Shown: piece by piece, positions 41,466 through 45,703 of the stretch
How the letters are laid out: every line of letters starts with the position of its first letter
How positions within the stretch are numbered: position 1 is the stretch's first letter
From: Opitutia bacterium
GTDB lineage: Bacteria > Verrucomicrobiota > Verrucomicrobiia > Opitutales > UBA953
Length of the DNA stretch: 45,703 nucleotides
Direction: 5' to 3'
Assembly: GCA_947455415.1 (NCBI GenBank)
Contig: CANGNX010000001.1
Coordinates: forward strand, 1 to 45,703
Notes under the pieces: model-generated
Database searches by the model: none
Told to the model about the DNA's origin: nothing
The model's input: only the letters and a program-made list of their open reading frames with translations
Position numbers and translations under genes: made by a program

Positions 41466-43307
41466 ATGGATTCTATTCAACTGCTGCACTGGATTCTTTT
41501 CTTACCCTTGGGAGCGGCTGCATTCTCTGCACTCTGCCTCCGTCGCTTGGGTGGCTTCGCGGCCTGGTTCTCCACCGCGACGGCTTTCACCATCGCGACG
41601 CTTGCCCTAGTTTTACTGATCAAAACCGACGACACCATTAGCTGGCATATCGAACTCGCAAAGTTCGGTAATGTCTCACTGGGCTTCGGCTACCTGATTG
41701 ATGCTAACGCCCGGCTGATGCTCTTCGTGGTATCGTTCGTGGCCGCCTGGATTCACCTTTTCTCCGTCGGCTACATGCACGAAGACAGTGCGCGCGGACG
41801 TTTCTTCGCGGGGCTTTCCATCTTCATGTTCTCCATTCTCGGCATCGTCATCGCCGATAATTTGCTGATGACCTTTATTTTCTGGGAACTCGTGGGCTTC
41901 AGCTCCTACATGCTCATCGCTCATTACTTTGATAAAGACTTCGCAGCCGCTGCTTCGAAAAAAGCGTTCATCACCAACCGTATCGGTGACCTTGGTTTCA
42001 TTCTCGGTATCGCCCTTTGCCTCAATCTCTACGGCACACTTAATTTCGCTGAGCTGGCATCCGTCGCTCCGCTTAAAGGTGCGGTGCCCATCGCTGTTGG
42101 ACTTCTCTTAATGTGCGGCTTCCTCGGCAAATCCGCACAGTTCCCCTTACACGTCTGGCTCACGGATGCGATGGCTGGCCCCACTCCAGTCTCCGCCCTC
42201 ATTCACGCCGCGACGATGGTCGCCGCCGGCGTCTACTTCATGGCACGCGTGAGTTTCTTGCTCGCACCTGAAGTGCTCCAATGGATTGCCATCTCAGGTG
42301 CAGGCATGGCCGCACTCGCAGGTTTGTGCGCACTCGCGCAAACGGACATTAAAAAGTCACTCGCTTACTCCACGCTCGCCCACCTCGGTATTATGGGCTG
42401 TGCCCTCGGACTCGGTCATCCCGAACTCGCTGTCTTGCACATGGCGATGCACGCATTTTTCAAAGCAACCTTGTTCCTTGGCGCTGGTTCCGTGATTCAC
42501 GGATGCCACCACGAACAGGACATGCTCAAGATGGGCGGCCTGCTGAAGAAAATGCCACTCACCGCGGCGACCTTCATCGCTGCAACCCTTTCGAATTGCG
42601 CTCTGCCATTCTTCGCCGGCTGGTACTCCAAGGACGCCATCATCGAGGCGGCTTGGCACGACGAAAAATTCGTCGTCTTCAGTTTCCTCGCGCTCGCCGC
42701 CTTCGCCACCTGCTTGTACAGCGGTCGCATGATTCGCCTCGTCTTCCTTGGCACCGCGAATTCCGAAGATGCATCACACGCCCACGAGTCCCCCTGGACG
42801 ATGACCTTGCCGATCGCGATTCTCGGACTCGGCTACTCCATCGCCGCTGGTTTTGGAGCGCATTACCTACTGCCCGCTTCCGCACTCCAAATCATCAATG
42901 AGCCATTACACGAAATGGCTTTTCACTTAACCGCACCCGCCACGATTGTTGGGCTCGTCGCCTTATCCTTCGGTTTACTCGGAAGTTTGAAATTCTACGG
43001 ACTACTGCCCGGACGCGACAGCTTGCAGGTTTTCTCTCCCCGCACCTACCACCTACTCGAAAACCGCTGGATGGATAACGTCTACCAATGGTTCATCGAT
43101 AACGTCGTTCGTCGTGTCTCCGAATTCATTGCCTTCCTCGACCTCCTTCTCATCAACGGCGTCGCGGTCCGCTGGATCGTCGGCGGCTTCACCGCTGCCC
43201 TCGGACATTTAACCGGTGCCTTATTCCACCGCGGTCAAGCCCGTGGCTACGCCCTGTGGATTACCATCGGCTCCCTCTTACTCATCTGGTTCCTCCTCGC
43301 TCGCTAA
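41466..43307 (+). CDS. nuoL: NADH-quinone oxidoreductase subunit L
   Basis: It carries the antiporter-like subunit signature GKSAQFPLHVWLTDAMAGPTPVSALIHAATMVAAGVY. The start was moved from 41379, which overlaps nuoK, to ATG 41466 (MDSIQLLHWILFLPL). Confidence 0.92.
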   Translation: MDSIQLLHWILFLPLGAAAFSALCLRRLGGFAAWFSTATAFTIATLALVLLIKTDDTISWHIELAKFGNVSLGFGYLIDANARLMLFVVSFVAAWIHLFSVGYMHEDSARGRFFAGLSIFMFSILGIVIADNLLMTFIFWELVGFSSYMLIAHYFDKDFAAAASKKAFITNRIGDLGFILGIALCLNLYGTLNFAELASVAPLKGAVPIAVGLLLMCGFLGKSAQFPLHVWLTDAMAGPTPVSALIHAATMVAAGVYFMARVSFLLAPEVLQWIAISGAGMAALAGLCALAQTDIKKSLAYSTLAHLGIMGCALGLGHPELAVLHMAMHAFFKATLFLGAGSVIHGCHHEQDMLKMGGLLKKMPLTAATFIAATLSNCALPFFAGWYSKDAIIEAAWHDEKFVVFSFLALAAFATCLYSGRMIRLVFLGTANSEDASHAHESPWTMTLPIAILGLGYSIAAGFGAHYLLPASALQIINEPLHEMAFHLTAPATIVGLVALSFGLLGSLKFYGLLPGRDSLQVFSPRTYHLLENRWMDNVYQWFIDNVVRRVSEFIAFLDLLLINGVAVRWIVGGFTAALGHLTGALFHRGQARGYALWITIGSLLLIWFLLAR

Positions 43308-43310
43308 ATC

Positions 43311-44855
43311 ATGGAAACTTCCTTTGCCCTTAATCCCACGTTGCTCGTCGCCGCGATTTTTACGCCCATCATCATTGGGCTAATCTTAATCAGCTTACGC
43401 AACCTCTCGCGCAGCTTTGCCTCTGGCTTCGCCTTTGTCGGTTTCGCCCTGCCTGCTCTCATCGCGGTTTGGTTACTCCTTCCATGCGCAGCCACCTATG
43501 GCTCGCCTCTCAAAGAAAAACTCGCAGGAGTTTGGGGTTTTTATTTCGGACTCAACGGCATCAGCGCACCACTCTTGGCGATGACGGCGATTGTGGGATT
43601 AGCTGCAGGCATCAAAGCACTCAATCAAGAGGTTGAATCGCGCAACACTTACCTCGGACTGATTCTTTTCATGTTCGGCGGCACACTTGGCGTGTTCGGC
43701 ACCCAAAATATTATTGGTTTCTATTTCTTCCACGAGTTCGCCCTCATCCCTACTTTCATCCTTACCCTCTTCTGGGGCGGCGAGGGTCGACGTTCGGCAG
43801 CGATGCAAATGGCGATCTACCTCACGGTCGGCGCGATGCTTTCCTTGGCTGGTATTTTAATCGCCATGCAAGCGGCCGACCTCTCCTGGGGCCAAGCGAC
43901 CTTTGACCTTCTACTTATCGGACTCCACCAGCCAGGCGTCCAACTCCCCGTCGCAACCGCCGCCATCACCCTCTTTGGTTTCGGTACATTGGCCTCACTC
44001 TTCCCCTTCCACTCGTGGGCCGCACCAGGCTACTCCGCCGCACCGACACCCGTATCCATGCTTCACGCGGGTGCGTTGAAAAAATTCGGTCTCTACGGCA
44101 TCATCATGATTGCCGTCGCCTCGATGTCTATTGGCACTGGTACACTGAGCCAATGGTTTCTTTGGTGCGCACTCGCCAACGTTGTCATCGTTGGACTGAT
44201 CTGCCTCGCCCAACGCGACCTCAAGCAACTGGTCTCGTGGAGTTCCGTCGCACACATGGGTCCAATTTTCCTGGGACTCTGGGTTTGCACTTCCAGCGGT
44301 AACGCCGCTGGTCTCGATGCCGCTATTTTCTTAATGGTCGCTCACGGCCTATCCTGCGCCGCTTTATTCCTCCTCGCTAACGGCGTGCGCACCCGCACTG
44401 GTACCTATCGATTCGATGAACTGGGCGGACTCGCCACACGCACACCTGTTCTGGCCGCTTTCTTCGTTGCTGCCACCATGGCCTCCGTCGGACTCCCCGG
44501 CTTTGGAAATTTCTGGGGTGAGGTCGGGATCTTCCTCTCCCTTCGCGCCGAACCGCTCTGGCTCCAAGCCTTAGTCGCTTCAACCATCATCGTCTCGGCA
44601 ATTTATTCCCTGCGTGCCGTGGCGAATGTGTTCTTCGGCCCAACTTCTCAGAATATCGAAGATCAATTCAAACAAGCGCCCTTCGGTGACATCAATTGGG
44701 CTGAGCGTTTCGCCGCCGTCATTCTTCTTGGCGCCTCCTTGGTCATCGGCTTTGCGCCTTCAATCATCACGCGTCACACCAACGCCGAGACTCAAGGGCT
44801 CACGCAAATTTCCCAACTTAAAACCAGTCAACCTGCTACCCCTTCCGCCCAATGA
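43311..44855 (+). CDS. nuoM: NADH-quinone oxidoreductase subunit M
   Basis: This is an antiporter-like subunit (FPFHSWAAPGYSAAPTPVSMLHAGALKKFGLYG) of 514 aa, following nuoL by 3 nt. Confidence 0.92.
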   Translation: METSFALNPTLLVAAIFTPIIIGLILISLRNLSRSFASGFAFVGFALPALIAVWLLLPCAATYGSPLKEKLAGVWGFYFGLNGISAPLLAMTAIVGLAAGIKALNQEVESRNTYLGLILFMFGGTLGVFGTQNIIGFYFFHEFALIPTFILTLFWGGEGRRSAAMQMAIYLTVGAMLSLAGILIAMQAADLSWGQATFDLLLIGLHQPGVQLPVATAAITLFGFGTLASLFPFHSWAAPGYSAAPTPVSMLHAGALKKFGLYGIIMIAVASMSIGTGTLSQWFLWCALANVVIVGLICLAQRDLKQLVSWSSVAHMGPIFLGLWVCTSSGNAAGLDAAIFLMVAHGLSCAALFLLANGVRTRTGTYRFDELGGLATRTPVLAAFFVAATMASVGLPGFGNFWGEVGIFLSLRAEPLWLQALVASTIIVSAIYSLRAVANVFFGPTSQNIEDQFKQAPFGDINWAERFAAVILLGASLVIGFAPSIITRHTNAETQGLTQISQLKTSQPATPSAQ

Positions 44856-45703
44856 TTTCTACGCTCGCCACTATCGATGTCGCCTTCAAGGCGCTCGCCC
44901 CGCGCAATGCCGACTGGGCTAGCATCCTTCCAGAAATCTGCGTCGCTGGACTTTCCTTGCTCTGCCTTCTGCAAGCAATGTTCCTACCCAAGGGCCTCAA
45001 AGCACTCATACCTGTCACCGCTCGCATCGGACTCTGCTTAGTGATTGCAATGGCCTGCGTTGCCAATCGTGCCTGGAGCCCCATTCACGGCCCCGTCACC
45101 ACATTCGCCGGCCTGCTCCAAGTGACCGACCTCACCATGGGTTTCCGTCTGTGCTTTTTAGTCTCGGCACTCCTCACCAGTTTCCTCGCCACTCGCTTCC
45201 TCACCGAACGCAATGCCGTTATCGCCGATTATCACCACGTACTTTTAGTTGTGAGCGCGGCCTTCATGCTCCTCGTGCAGTCACACCACTTCGTGACCTT
45301 GTTTGTGAGTTTAGAAACCGCCGCAGTCGGACTTTATATTTTAGTCGGCTACCTCCGTCGCAGCGAAGCTTCACTCGAAGCAGGCGTTAAATACCTCGTC
45401 GCCGGCGGCCTGAGTTCCGCCCTCCTGCTCATGGGTATTGTTTTAGTCTATGGTTCGCTCGGTGCCCCCGGAGTCGACTCCCTTAACTTCGAACAAGTCG
45501 CACTCGCACTCAACGCCGGCAAAGCGACCGCCCTCACCATGGTCGGCATCGCACTCATCATCGGCGGTGCTGCCTTCAAACTCGGCGCCTTTCCCTTCCA
45601 AGCTTGGATCCCTGATGTTTATCAAGGTGCACCCACACCGACGACAACTTTCCTCGGCACCGCCTCTAAGGCCGCGGGTGCGTTTATCCTATTCATTCTC
45701 GTC
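44852..45703 (+). CDS. nuoN: NADH-quinone oxidoreductase subunit N (5' part, truncated by window end)
   Basis: It is not in the ORF track because no stop is reached. ATG 44852 overlaps the nuoM stop (ATGA), and the frame stays open for 284 codons to the window end. It contains LETAAVGLYILVGY and AFPFQAWIPDVYQGAPTPTTTFL. Confidence 0.88.
   Translation, partial: MISTLATIDVAFKALAPRNADWASILPEICVAGLSLLCLLQAMFLPKGLKALIPVTARIGLCLVIAMACVANRAWSPIHGPVTTFAGLLQVTDLTMGFRLCFLVSALLTSFLATRFLTERNAVIADYHHVLLVVSAAFMLLVQSHHFVTLFVSLETAAVGLYILVGYLRRSEASLEAGVKYLVAGGLSSALLLMGIVLVYGSLGAPGVDSLNFEQVALALNAGKATALTMVGIALIIGGAAFKLGAFPFQAWIPDVYQGAPTPTTTFLGTASKAAGAFILFILV

Overview
This is a very gene-dense, moderately GC-rich chromosomal segment that reads as core genome of a diderm bacterium. 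It is probably a PVC-group organism (Verrucomicrobiota/Planctomycetota-like). That call is inference only, from ThuA-like, DUF1080, TAT-exported Gfo/Idh/MocA and parallel beta-helix proteins sitting beside Lnt, LolCDE and a TonB-dependent receptor. I can support 38 protein-coding genes (the last, nuoN, is cut by the window end), one tRNA-Ser(GCU), a candidate tRNA promoter, two or three intrinsic terminators and a short intergenic repeat family. Most content is housekeeping: purL, thiD, ilvB, trxB, secA-lnt, pyrD, lysS-lolC/E-lolD, thyA-folA, nuoJKLMN, a photolyase and an M42 peptidase. I saw no rRNA, CRISPR array, transposase, integrase, phage genes or toxin-antitoxin pairs, so most of the window is ordinary. 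The best candidate for something undescribed is a tightly coupled three-gene unit at 31392-34969. It encodes a DUF502 membrane protein, a short RecO-like protein, and a 764-aa fusion of a PD-(D/E)xK (Cas4/RecB-type) nuclease domain to an XPD/DinG-type helicase that lacks the Fe-S cluster cysteines. Secondary observations:
- a word-repeat cluster next to tRNA-Ser, with related boxes in other intergenic regions
- a SecA tail that keeps KIGRND but has no zinc-finger cysteines
- an orphan protein with an extremely acidic tail
- three convergent gene pairs whose stop codons are exactly 3 nt apart
- a nuoJKLMN block detached from nuoA-I

All family assignments come from motif recognition by eye. No searches were run.
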